In this document: piece by piece, positions 8,758-19,090 of the stretch
Numbering within the stretch: the first letter of the stretch is position 1
Layout of the letters: each line of letters opens with the position of its first letter
Origin: a virus
Taxonomy: Duplodnaviria; Caudoviricetes
Virus record (IMG/VR): IMGVR_UViG_3300020043_006832
Coordinates: 1-33,481 of that record
DNA: 33,481 nt
Direction: 5' to 3' (one strand)
Translations under genes and position numbers: made by a program
The notes under the pieces: model-generated
Seen by the model: the letters and a program-made list of their open reading frames with translations, nothing else
What the model was told of the DNA's origin: nothing
Database searches by the model: none

Positions 8758-10362
8758 ATGGCTAATTTTGGATACCAGAGTTTATACCCAAACGGGTTGA
8801 ACAACAACACACAACTAAGAAGAAGCACTGATATGATTTATCAGCGAGGTGCTAACTACGGGATAGTATTAACAGGAGATACATATGAACCATCAATGGA
8901 ATTATTCGTTGATTTATATGCAGAAGAAAGTATAGTAGGTCGCATGTCTTTAGTTCCTTATAGTATTGATTATACTAATGGTAGTTATTATTATAACTTC
9001 AATTTACGTCCATACGATTATATGTCAAACTACGTTCAATCAGAACACTTTACATATTATTGGAAGAACGATTGGTATAATACAACAAATACTATCAATC
9101 TTAATAACCCGTATCCAAATATCGTTACTGCTAATTTTAAATACAGTTGGAAGTATCAAAACAGTTCGGGTGGAACTTATTATGAAGGTGGAAACCCTGT
9201 GACTATTAATGATTTAAATCATTTTACAAATATACCTAACTGTATTAATGCTACAGGCTTTACTGCATCAGGCTTTACTAACACAGGTAATTATTTTGAT
9301 TATGTGGGTGGTCAATTTCAAATGAGCAAGGATAAATATCTATTGCCAAACTTCGACCAGGAAATTGGTACTGTTATGGGTAATGGATTAACAATTAACA
9401 CATTGGATATATACAGAAGATTAAGTCCAATGTCACAATATCTAATGGACTATCCGACCCTTCCTGAGCAATCAGAAACGGCAAGATTTATGACCAATTC
9501 ACCTCGCATTCAGTATATACAACCTGATGAAAATTATGTATTATTTTACTTAAACGGACAATCAGGAGATAGAATGGTAATAGAAGCAGACTACGCTGTG
9601 TTTCAATTGTATGATGCAAATAATAATAAAATTGCAACAAACGGATATTGGGAACAGCAATTAAATTTTAGTGGGACAACTTATCAATCACCGACAGGTT
9701 ATACAGATACATTACAACCATTTGCATTACCTTGTGGACCTGCAGATATTAACAATCTATTCTTAACAGGCCAAACGTGGGATAATGTAGCTTATTATAC
9801 AGTTCAATTATATTATTCTTATCCAACTAATAGTGCATCACGTGCTTCAGTTGGTCCTGTAGGGCCTGTAAGTGAAACGTTCTACTTCTATCTATATAAC
9901 AACTGCCTCCCTGAAAATACAAGGATATGTTGGTTGAATGATGCAGGTGGTTATGACTATTACACATTCCAATCGTATAGACAAAACACACAGAAAATTA
10001 CAACACAGACATACGATAGTAGATATTACTCAACTGACTTAGCAGGGCCTGATGTGAATGTAGGTCGTTCAATTAAATCATTTGGAACTGATGTAAGTCA
10101 AGAAATGGTTTTAGAAAGTGATTATCTATCAAATGCTTATGGTAATTGGTTGGAAGGATTATTTACATCACCACAAGTATATGAAGTTAAGCCTAACTAC
10201 ATATCACCAATGGATAGACAAGACAAAATATATTGGGATTTGAAACCATTACAAGTTATATCAACTGAAGTGGAACACATCACCAAAAAACATAAAAAAC
10301 TAAACAAGTACAGAATTACGTTCAAGTCAGCAGACACGTACTTCGCAAATAGAGGTTTCTAA
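8758..10362 (+). CDS. Distal tail/baseplate protein
   Basis: C-terminal WLNDAGGYDYYTF...WLEGLFTSPQVY, as I recall from Bacteroidota phage tail proteins. Position fits. Confidence 0.6.
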   Translation: MANFGYQSLYPNGLNNNTQLRRSTDMIYQRGANYGIVLTGDTYEPSMELFVDLYAEESIVGRMSLVPYSIDYTNGSYYYNFNLRPYDYMSNYVQSEHFTYYWKNDWYNTTNTINLNNPYPNIVTANFKYSWKYQNSSGGTYYEGGNPVTINDLNHFTNIPNCINATGFTASGFTNTGNYFDYVGGQFQMSKDKYLLPNFDQEIGTVMGNGLTINTLDIYRRLSPMSQYLMDYPTLPEQSETARFMTNSPRIQYIQPDENYVLFYLNGQSGDRMVIEADYAVFQLYDANNNKIATNGYWEQQLNFSGTTYQSPTGYTDTLQPFALPCGPADINNLFLTGQTWDNVAYYTVQLYYSYPTNSASRASVGPVGPVSETFYFYLYNNCLPENTRICWLNDAGGYDYYTFQSYRQNTQKITTQTYDSRYYSTDLAGPDVNVGRSIKSFGTDVSQEMVLESDYLSNAYGNWLEGLFTSPQVYEVKPNYISPMDRQDKIYWDLKPLQVISTEVEHITKKHKKLNKYRITFKSADTYFANRGF

Positions 10363-10363
10363 T

Positions 10364-13300
10364 ATGAGTCAACAACAAACAGTATTACGAGTTAAAACAA
10401 ATGTACCTGATACAAATATTACAGGTGCAACGTGGGATAGTACAACAACATACGACTATAGTGTTCTTGTTGGTTGGGAAGGTACGACATGGCGTTCATT
10501 ACAAAATTCAAACTTAGATAATTACCCATCAGTATCACCGTCTTATTGGGAAGCTGTGACGTTATACGATTATTTAGATTTATATTCTGATATTCCAATT
10601 AAGATTAATAAATCATTCTCAGAAATACAGGACATATCAAAAAGAAACTCAGACTATACGGTAGGCTTATCTTTACCTGGTTCTAAAAAGAATAATGCAT
10701 TTTTTGAAAATTTCTTTAATGTTGACACAAACTCATTATTCTTCAATGCAACCAAAAGACAACAGATAGATGTGCTATTGGGTGATGTTCCTTTATTCAG
10801 GGGATTTATGAAATTGAATAAGGTATCTGTATTGAATAGTAAGGTTGAGTATGATATAACATTATTTTCAACTGTATCAGATTTATTCGGTAGCATTGGT
10901 AATAATCTATTAAGAGATTTGAATTGGTTTGACGAAGACTATACATTCAATCACGTATTTAGTTATGCTGAGGTAACAAGATTATTCTATCAATCTAATT
11001 TTTATTTAGATGATATTAGACCTTATCCATATTTCTATCCAATAGTTCATAATGGATATAACTATACCAACGTAACAGGAACGACAGGAGGAACAAGTTG
11101 TGTTAGCTTACCAAATCTATCAGGTGCTACAGCAGAACAAACAAGATTTTATACATCAACAGTTGTAGGTAGTTGGACAGGTGTTACAGCAGCGGAAGCA
11201 GCAGGTTGGCAACCTTATTTTATTAACTCACAAGGAAGTGGTCTAAGAGATAATCAATTAAAACCTGCATTATCAATCTATAATATTATTAATTTAATAT
11301 TTAAGACTTACGGATATTCAGTTAGGTCTGACTTTTTTAATACACCGTGGTTCAAGAGTTTATATATGTACGGGTACTTTAGTTCAAATGCAACCAAATT
11401 TTCTTATACAATAGTTAATATTGAGCAATTACCATTAGAAGGTGTTGAGGTTATATTTTATCAAGACCCATCAAATAACGTAAGTGCTATAGTTTGTAAA
11501 TTAGGAACAGGTATCCCTTGTTATTGTTTAGATGAAATACAAACACGTTTGCGTTATTCAGCATTACAAGAATTTGATTTATCAATTGCTGCAGGTACAT
11601 CAGGAAGCACATTACCTAACGTTGGCCTTCCATTTGTGGTAGGTACATCATTAAACACTGCAACTGCAGATATTAGTACATTGAAATATTTCCCTAAAAA
11701 GATTGGTGATAGTGCAAATATTACTGATGGTAATTTAGTTGATTTTAATACAATTATAGACCCTACAATTAAACAGATTGATATATTAAGCTCAATTGCC
11801 AAAAAGTTTAATTTGGTATTTATTCCTGACCCTGATACAGCTAATGTAATTATTATTGAACCGTTTGACTTTTATGTTGGAACTGGTGAAGTATATGATT
11901 GGACACAAAAACTATCATACAATAAAGGATTTACAATAGAACCTGCAATTAACTTTTTAGAAAGTAATGTGATATTAACAGACTTAGAAGATGGTGATGA
12001 AGGTAATAGAATATTCAAATTACAGAACAATAGAATTTATGGTGTACAAAACTTTTTTGGTCCAACAGATTTTAAAACGAGTGAAAAGAAAATACAAACA
12101 ATATTCTCACCTGAGCTAATCAGAAAGTGGGACGATAATATAGGTCTTCCATTGGGCATTAATTACTCAGCAACAAACCAACAAGATTGCGACAATCAAA
12201 TTAGATGGACTTTTAAAGGTGTTAAATCTAAGCCTAAATTAATGTTTTGGTCAAGTGGATTTAATCCATTTATAGATAATGTTAATGAGGTTTATAAAAA
12301 GAATCAAGGATTTACTTCATATCAAGTTTATCTTCAACAATCTAGTTCAACAGGTAGCACAGGCGTTAGTGCATTTGATGTAATACCATCAATATCTCAC
12401 ACAATGCCAATGGGATTAGCTGATGAAAATAAAATAGTTAATGATAGCTTGTCTATATTATTTAACTCAGAATTACCAACAGACGTTGGTGTTCAAACAT
12501 ACAATACCTATACAGAACAGGATGTATTTAATGTGTTCTATAACAATAGATTTACAAATATATATGACCCTAATACAAGACTTTTAAGTGGTTATTTTGA
12601 TTTAAAATACTCAGACATATTAAATCTAAAAGCACAGGACATTATCAAAATACAAGAGCAATACTTTATCGTAAATAAGATTAGTGATTTTAACTTAATT
12701 AACAGGGAATTAACTAAGGTTGAATTGCTGCAGTATAATAATAATCCATCTGTATATCCTGATAGATATTTTAGATATTATTATTGTGATAATCCTTCAA
12801 TGTGTTATAAGTTTAAAACTGATTTTACTAATCCTAATTTAAGAGATACAAACTTTATTTGGTCAATCTATTATGATAATCAAGTAGGCTCTTTAACAGG
12901 ACAAACTTCACAATTTACATCTACATTAAGAGACTTTAGAAGTGGCCCATTAACGGTTAATTATGTTCCTTATACAATGGAAGAGATAGGACAATTTGAT
13001 TATGAAACAGATAGTTGTTATGATTGGTCATGCGATACAATGATGCAGCATTTTTATTCGGATACAGTAAATGGTGGATTATTATATGCATTAGCAACGT
13101 TTTGGGAGAGTGCTTCAGGAAGTACACAATGGACTGGTGCAAATGTATTTGAAAGTTGTGCAGCGTTTAATGCGACTGCAGCAACATATAATATCTTAAC
13201 AGGTAATTCAGATTATTATGGATATAACATTTGTTATACAGGCACAACTCCAACTCCGACCCCAACTTATGTACCTGGTCCGACCCCTACGCCAACTCCA

Positions 13301-13696
13301 ACATCTGTTTTAAGTTGTTATGAAAATATATGGTTTAACAATGTTGGTAATTACGATTATGTATATGGTAATGTGACTTATGTAAGTCAAGGTTATGGAT
13401 ACTATACATTTGTAAGAGGTAACAGAATTTTCCATACAGGAGTAAATCCAGGCAAACTTCCATTCGTTTATTATCGTTATACAAATGGTGATAATTGGGG
13501 TCAATTAACTCCAGGGTTTAATACAAGTGGAACATTTATTGGTTGGATTTTAGAAACTAATAATGGTTATTATGGTTTAGCAGATTTTCCTGAATATCAA
13601 TATATTGTTAATATTGGTAATGTTTATTATCCAACTGACGGTGATTTTCATCACGGAGATGGTACTTTATTTTTAAACTATTGTCCTTACCCTTAA
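10364..13696 (+). CDS. Large tail tip/hub protein
   Basis: LDLYSDIPIKINKSF.EIQDISKR...LPGSKKNN and KKFNLVF motifs. CBM-like insert near the N-terminus and a PT linker near the C-terminus. Confidence 0.65.
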   Translation: MSQQQTVLRVKTNVPDTNITGATWDSTTTYDYSVLVGWEGTTWRSLQNSNLDNYPSVSPSYWEAVTLYDYLDLYSDIPIKINKSFSEIQDISKRNSDYTVGLSLPGSKKNNAFFENFFNVDTNSLFFNATKRQQIDVLLGDVPLFRGFMKLNKVSVLNSKVEYDITLFSTVSDLFGSIGNNLLRDLNWFDEDYTFNHVFSYAEVTRLFYQSNFYLDDIRPYPYFYPIVHNGYNYTNVTGTTGGTSCVSLPNLSGATAEQTRFYTSTVVGSWTGVTAAEAAGWQPYFINSQGSGLRDNQLKPALSIYNIINLIFKTYGYSVRSDFFNTPWFKSLYMYGYFSSNATKFSYTIVNIEQLPLEGVEVIFYQDPSNNVSAIVCKLGTGIPCYCLDEIQTRLRYSALQEFDLSIAAGTSGSTLPNVGLPFVVGTSLNTATADISTLKYFPKKIGDSANITDGNLVDFNTIIDPTIKQIDILSSIAKKFNLVFIPDPDTANVIIIEPFDFYVGTGEVYDWTQKLSYNKGFTIEPAINFLESNVILTDLEDGDEGNRIFKLQNNRIYGVQNFFGPTDFKTSEKKIQTIFSPELIRKWDDNIGLPLGINYSATNQQDCDNQIRWTFKGVKSKPKLMFWSSGFNPFIDNVNEVYKKNQGFTSYQVYLQQSSSTGSTGVSAFDVIPSISHTMPMGLADENKIVNDSLSILFNSELPTDVGVQTYNTYTEQDVFNVFYNNRFTNIYDPNTRLLSGYFDLKYSDILNLKAQDIIKIQEQYFIVNKISDFNLINRELTKVELLQYNNNPSVYPDRYFRYYYCDNPSMCYKFKTDFTNPNLRDTNFIWSIYYDNQVGSLTGQTSQFTSTLRDFRSGPLTVNYVPYTMEEIGQFDYETDSCYDWSCDTMMQHFYSDTVNGGLLYALATFWESASGSTQWTGANVFESCAAFNATAATYNILTGNSDYYGYNICYTGTTPTPTPTYVPGPTPTPTPTSVLSCYENIWFNNVGNYDYVYGNVTYVSQGYGYYTFVRGNRIFHTGVNPGKLPFVYYRYTNGDNWGQLTPGFNTSGTFIGWILETNNGYYGLADFPEYQYIVNIGNVYYPTDGDFHHGDGTLFLNYCPYP

Positions 13697-13705
13697 AATT
13701 AAATT

Positions 13706-15910
13706 ATGACAGCAAGAATATATCCGTCTTATCAAGACACAAATACAACATCAATAGGTTCAATAATTATTACCTTTCTACCATATGAATATAATAGATT
13801 AGATGAAAATCTTCAAATAACGGTTAATAGTCAGGATAGAAAATTTGATTATCTAACTGATGAAGGATTATATGCAACATCAGTTTTAAATAACGATGTG
13901 GTAACTATAACGATAAATAGTAATATAGTTAATTATAAATTAATAAACGTAATTAGAAGAGACTATACTACTGACGATAATAATAACAACGGAATTGTTG
14001 ATACTGCTATAACAACTGTTACAGGAAATACCGGTGCAACATTAACATATACATTTACAGCAACAACAAACCCATCAGCATATAATTTTGAATATAGAAT
14101 TTTAGCTTCAACCTATGGTGCTACTTATGGTGATGCCAAATATATGATGACTGTTCAAGATAATGTAAAACCATTTTTATCAACCGATTATGGAATTAGT
14201 TGGAATCAAGTTAGTGCATTACCAACTAATGCAAGTACAGCAAAAATATCTATTAACGGTAAGTTTATGATTGTAGGTTTTGGACCTGGTGTTTCAACAC
14301 CACAACAAGATTATGTTTATATATCAAACGATTATGGTGTAACGTGGAGTGGTGTTTATGTTGGTAATATTAATTTTACATCATCAATAGGAATGTCTTT
14401 TGATGGACAATATATATCAATAACAACTATAAAAGAATTATGGTTGTCAAGTGATTTTGGTGCAACGTGGACTTTATCACCATACGATATGGATTTAGAT
14501 ATATTATTTGGAAATGCAAGGTCAAGTAATGGTCAATTTATTTTGTTATACAGAAGCACAGGGGATTATTATAGAATATCATCTGACTATGGAAATTATT
14601 TCTTTAGTAAAATACAAACTAATGATTTATGGATTAATAGTGTAGATATGTCAGCAGACGGTCAGTATATGACTATGGTTGGAGTTTATGGTGATGGTAC
14701 AAATATTATAAGGATTGGTAAATCAAATGATTATGGGCAGACTTTTACATATACAAATATAACAGGCTTTACAGGCTATATACCAACAATTGCTATGTCT
14801 GAAGATGGACAGTACCAATATATATTAGGTGATAATGGTGGTGCTAAATCAACTAACTATGGTGTTAGTTGGACAGTTACGAATTGGTCAGGTAATACAA
14901 TATCTTGTAGTGCATTAGGTGATACAATATTAATAGCTGCTCAACCTTGTCCTTATGTTTCTTATGATTATGGTGCAACATTTTCAACAAATTGTTGGAC
15001 AGGTTATTCAGGGGGAACAAATGGAACAGTTCAAAAGGGAGCTTATTTACCACCTGTTCCACCACAACCAACTCCTACTGCAACAGCAACTCCGACCCCA
15101 ACTCCAACTCCTGCATTTATAACGGCAAGATTTGGTCAAACAGGTCAATCAATTACATACTATTGTGAAGAAGCACCGTCATATGTTTTTAGTGCTGATA
15201 CAGCTTCATTAACAACTGCAACTGTAGTTTCAAATGATATTATTAATACATTGGGTGCTAATGAATTATTTTATTTATCATCAGGAGGATACGTAAGATA
15301 TAGAAGAAGAGGCACAACTAATATTGGTGATAAAGATTCATTAATGATACCTTGTCCATTACCGTCTCCAACTCCAACTCCAACAACATCACCAACCCCA
15401 ACGGCTACTCCAACAAGGACCCCAACGCCAACGCCAACTCCTACTCAATCAGCAACTCCAACTCCGACCCCAACTCCTGCAGCAATATCTACAACATATA
15501 CGTATGTAGCAAATTCTAATTGGACAAGTTCTAATACAAAAACTGCAAGTAATTTATGTATTACACAAAATTCATTAACTCGTTGTAGAACAAATGATAC
15601 GTGGATAAGTAGTAATAATTTTGGTGATACTGTAACAGGTATTACATCAGGAACATATCCATTAACTATTACAAGAAACTTATCTCAGAACACAACATAT
15701 ACAGCTTATACTCAAAATATAACAGGATATACAGTTGATGTAAAAGTAGATTCAGTTTCAGTATGGTCAACAGGTTATACATATTCACCTATGTTAGTTA
15801 TACCTGTAACTCCAACAGTTGATGCAAGGTCAGTAACTACGAGTGGAATAACAATAAATCCAGGTCAAACGTTGGAAGTAATATGGACAGATAATTGTAT
15901 TAGTTCATAA
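13706..15910 (+). CDS. Tail-associated beta-propeller (BNR/Asp-box) protein with Pro-Thr linkers
   Basis: About seven S-x-D/N-Y/F-G-x-T/S-W/F repeats, MS.DGQY motifs and two PTPT tracts. Confidence 0.75.
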   Translation: MTARIYPSYQDTNTTSIGSIIITFLPYEYNRLDENLQITVNSQDRKFDYLTDEGLYATSVLNNDVVTITINSNIVNYKLINVIRRDYTTDDNNNNGIVDTAITTVTGNTGATLTYTFTATTNPSAYNFEYRILASTYGATYGDAKYMMTVQDNVKPFLSTDYGISWNQVSALPTNASTAKISINGKFMIVGFGPGVSTPQQDYVYISNDYGVTWSGVYVGNINFTSSIGMSFDGQYISITTIKELWLSSDFGATWTLSPYDMDLDILFGNARSSNGQFILLYRSTGDYYRISSDYGNYFFSKIQTNDLWINSVDMSADGQYMTMVGVYGDGTNIIRIGKSNDYGQTFTYTNITGFTGYIPTIAMSEDGQYQYILGDNGGAKSTNYGVSWTVTNWSGNTISCSALGDTILIAAQPCPYVSYDYGATFSTNCWTGYSGGTNGTVQKGAYLPPVPPQPTPTATATPTPTPTPAFITARFGQTGQSITYYCEEAPSYVFSADTASLTTATVVSNDIINTLGANELFYLSSGGYVRYRRRGTTNIGDKDSLMIPCPLPSPTPTPTTSPTPTATPTRTPTPTPTPTQSATPTPTPTPAAISTTYTYVANSNWTSSNTKTASNLCITQNSLTRCRTNDTWISSNNFGDTVTGITSGTYPLTITRNLSQNTTYTAYTQNITGYTVDVKVDSVSVWSTGYTYSPMLVIPVTPTVDARSVTTSGITINPGQTLEVIWTDNCISS

Positions 15911-15935
15911 TTTCAGACACCCATAATCAATAATT

Positions 15936-15943
15936 TATATTTA
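15936..15943 (+). promoter_or_regulatory. TATATTTA promoter motif, 5 nt before ATG 15949
   Basis: Exact motif and the same spacing as 3461 and 19078. Confidence 0.7.
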
Positions 15944-15948
15944 CATAT

Positions 15949-16737
15949 ATGAGCTACAAATATATACCACAGTTAAACAATCAAAACTTCATTTATCCAA
16001 ATAATGATTTACCTGAGTATGACATTAATATTGTTCATACTATTAATGATAATAGTGTTTCAGGTACGGTAACCAATTTTAGTGCTACAACTGTTGCAAG
16101 TACAGGATTTACTTTTACTCACAATTGGACGTGGTCAAAAAATGGTGCTGAACCTTTTATATCAAGTAATGGTGATATTCATTTATTATCGGTACATATG
16201 TTGGCAGCCAATCAAAATTATTATAAACCTTGGAGATGTGTTGATATTGTAACTAATGCAACAACAGGATTAACAGGTTATAGTGGGACAAATACAATAA
16301 CGGTAACACCTGCACAAATGGGTTTATCTACATTCCAATATGGTAATTACTATTTTGAGTTTAGATTTATAGGAGCAAAATCAATTTATCCTGTATGTTA
16401 TACTTATGTACCGACAGGCTTACCTACTCCAACACCAACCGCTACGCCTGGACCAACACCTGATTTTCCAACGCCAACTCCTACAGCAACTTCAGGACCA
16501 ACCCCGACACCAACAGCTACAGGCGGTGGTTTTACAAGTGGTGCAACATTGAATGTAACAGAAACAGGATATATCAAATATATTAAGAAAGATGCAGAAT
16601 TAGCAACATACGTATATATCAGTTCATTAGGAACTTATACCATAACAGATTGTGTGACTTGTTCAACAATTATGATTGGGATACCATTTGCGGATGTAGC
16701 CAACTTTACTTTATTAAACTGTGGTTCAGCATGTTAA
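15949..16737 (+). CDS. Thr-rich virion protein with Pro-Thr linker
   Basis: Beta-rich composition, PTPTPTAT tract, located in the tail module. Confidence 0.6.
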   Translation: MSYKYIPQLNNQNFIYPNNDLPEYDINIVHTINDNSVSGTVTNFSATTVASTGFTFTHNWTWSKNGAEPFISSNGDIHLLSVHMLAANQNYYKPWRCVDIVTNATTGLTGYSGTNTITVTPAQMGLSTFQYGNYYFEFRFIGAKSIYPVCYTYVPTGLPTPTPTATPGPTPDFPTPTPTATSGPTPTPTATGGGFTSGATLNVTETGYIKYIKKDAELATYVYISSLGTYTITDCVTCSTIMIGIPFADVANFTLLNCGSAC

Positions 16738-16747
16738 AATTATATAT

Positions 16748-16915
16748 ATGAAAATAGAAATAATAAAAGATAAAAAGAAATTGAAGGTTAAAAAGACTAA
16801 GAAGAAAGAATTAAACATTTCAACTATAGACTTTAGTTCTATTAACCAATTGAAAGGAAATAAAATACTTTTGGAATATTTTTTCCAAAATGCAAAATTA
16901 GAACTATTAGATTAA
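16748..16915 (+). CDS. Small basic hypothetical protein
   Basis: Fills the gap before the tape measure gene. ATG 16748 avoids overlap with the upstream gene. Confidence 0.5.
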   Translation: MKIEIIKDKKKLKVKKTKKKELNISTIDFSSINQLKGNKILLEYFFQNAKLELLD

Positions 16916-16916
16916 T

Positions 16917-19061
16917 ATGGCTAAGAAAATAGAAGTAGAAATAGATGTTAAAGGTAATGTTGACGGTTCAATTGCTCAGTTAAAAGAACTTAAAAAACAA
17001 CTTAAACAAACTGCTGCAGGTTCAGAAGAATTTAAAAAATTATTTAACCAAATTGACGATTTAGAAGATAAGATTAAAGGAGCAAAAGGTGCCTCTTCTG
17101 ATTGGATTGATAGTTTAGCATCAGCAGGTGGGCCTGTTGGTATGTTAGGTAATGCTTTAAATAAAGCAAAAGTAGCAACAACATCATTCGGTGCAGCATT
17201 AAAAGCTACAGGTATTGGTTTGATTGTTTCACTTATAGGAGGATTGGTTGCAGCATTTAGTCAGACAGAAGGTTCAATGAAAAAGTTAGAACCATTGTTA
17301 ATTGCAATGGAACAAATCTTCGGTGGCATTATGGAAGCATTACAGCCACTTATAGACGGGTTTATCGAATTGGCTATACAAGTTATGCCATATGTTACTA
17401 AGGCCTTTAAAGTGGTTTATTCAGCGGTTACAGCAGTGTTCCAATCATTAGGTAAATTAGGTGGTGCAGTTGTTAAATTATTTAAAGGTGATTTTGCAGG
17501 AGCATGGGAAGATGCTAAAGCGTCTGTAACATCATTTAGTGACAACTATGAAAAAGCTACTGAAAGGTTTGATGCAGGTGCTAAGAAAATGACTAAGACC
17601 CAAAAGAAGAATGCTGCTGATGCAAAAGATATTGCAGATAAAGCATTGGCTGAAAGGTTGAAAAATATGGAAGCTCAGGATAAGTTGGATGAGGCCCAAC
17701 TCGAAAAAATGAAGGAGCAAGAATTAGCATTAGCAACATCAGAACAACAAAAATTAGATATAGAAAAAGCATTTGCGAAGAAAGCCTATGATATGAAAAT
17801 CAAGGACATTAACGACAAGATGGCTTTATACAAGAAAGATAGTGTAGAATATAAGAACTTATTAGCAGACAGAATAAAATTAGAGGGTGATTATATAAAG
17901 GAAACGGCAGGTTATGCTGAGAAACAAAAAGACATTAATAAGAAGAAGAAAGACCAGGAAATGTCTGATGAATTAACAGCACTTAAACAACAATTAGGTG
18001 AAAAGAAATTAACTCAAGAAGAATATGAGGATGCCGTTTATGAAGTAGAAAAGAAATATGCTGAGGATAAAAAAGCATTGAATGATATTGAGATTAAAAG
18101 GATAGACCAATTAATAGAACGTAAAAAACAAAAAGCGGACGAAGAAAGAAATATTATATTACAATCTATTCAAAATCAAATGAATGAATTGGATAGATTA
18201 AATGGTCTTAAACAAAATGATTATGATAAGGATTTAGAACGTTTAGCTGAAAAGAAATTAAAATTAGATGAGGCAGAGAAATTAGAGTTAGCTAATACAG
18301 AACTTACTGAATATGAAAAAACTCAGATTAAACAAAAATATGCTGATAAGAGAAAGGAAATAACTCAGCAAGAAATAGATACTGAAAGAGCCTTTAAACA
18401 GGCTCAGATTGATGGTATTACACAGACATTAGATTCATTAGCAAATGTAACTAATGCCGTTGCAAGTTTATATGATGAAGAAGCTAAGACAAGTAGGTCA
18501 GCATTTGAAAAGAGAAAGAAACTACAAAAATCTACAGCATTATTATCAGCAGCATCAGGTATCATACAGATTTTAACACAACCTTCAACATTACCTTCAC
18601 CATTCGATTGGATTACGAAAGGTCTTAATGTAATAGCATTAGGTATATTAACAGGTCAACAAATCAAAAAAATAGATAGTACAACATTCGAAGGTGGTGG
18701 CGGAAGTGGAACACCTGCAGCACCACCACCAATTGCAAATTACGGTAAGAACTACGGTGATGGTGGAATGATTAATGGGCCACGACATGCAGGTGGTGGC
18801 GTTATGATTAATGCTGAAGGTGGAGAAGCCGTTATGACAAGAGGTGCTGTTACTGCATTTGCACCGTTATTATCAGCATTAAATGTTGCAGGTGGAGGAA
18901 AGTCTTTTGCAGGTAGTACTAATCAAGGTGCTGCTTATGATAATCCAAAAATAGAAAAACTTAATACAGAACCAATTATAGTTAAGACTTACGTAGTGTC
19001 AAGTGAATTAACAACAGAACAAGAAAAACAAGCTAAACTTAAATCATTATCAACTTTATAA
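16917..19061 (+). CDS. Tape measure protein
   Basis: ALKATGIGLIV hydrophobic segment, long K/E coiled coil, C-terminal GGMINGPRHAGGGV..EGGEAV motif. Confidence 0.88.
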   Translation: MAKKIEVEIDVKGNVDGSIAQLKELKKQLKQTAAGSEEFKKLFNQIDDLEDKIKGAKGASSDWIDSLASAGGPVGMLGNALNKAKVATTSFGAALKATGIGLIVSLIGGLVAAFSQTEGSMKKLEPLLIAMEQIFGGIMEALQPLIDGFIELAIQVMPYVTKAFKVVYSAVTAVFQSLGKLGGAVVKLFKGDFAGAWEDAKASVTSFSDNYEKATERFDAGAKKMTKTQKKNAADAKDIADKALAERLKNMEAQDKLDEAQLEKMKEQELALATSEQQKLDIEKAFAKKAYDMKIKDINDKMALYKKDSVEYKNLLADRIKLEGDYIKETAGYAEKQKDINKKKKDQEMSDELTALKQQLGEKKLTQEEYEDAVYEVEKKYAEDKKALNDIEIKRIDQLIERKKQKADEERNIILQSIQNQMNELDRLNGLKQNDYDKDLERLAEKKLKLDEAEKLELANTELTEYEKTQIKQKYADKRKEITQQEIDTERAFKQAQIDGITQTLDSLANVTNAVASLYDEEAKTSRSAFEKRKKLQKSTALLSAASGIIQILTQPSTLPSPFDWITKGLNVIALGILTGQQIKKIDSTTFEGGGGSGTPAAPPPIANYGKNYGDGGMINGPRHAGGGVMINAEGGEAVMTRGAVTAFAPLLSALNVAGGGKSFAGSTNQGAAYDNPKIEKLNTEPIIVKTYVVSSELTTEQEKQAKLKSLSTL

Positions 19062-19077
19062 CTGATTTAGAATTTTT

Positions 19078-19085
19078 TATATTTA
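19078..19085 (+). promoter_or_regulatory. TATATTTA promoter motif, 5 nt before ATG 19091
   Basis: Exact motif and conserved spacing. Confidence 0.7.
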
Positions 19086-19090
19086 ATATT

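Noticed and set aside
4496-16737. Diversity-generating retroelement or invertible cassette acting on tail genes
   Set aside because: No reverse transcriptase or recombinase, and no template/variable repeat pair seen.
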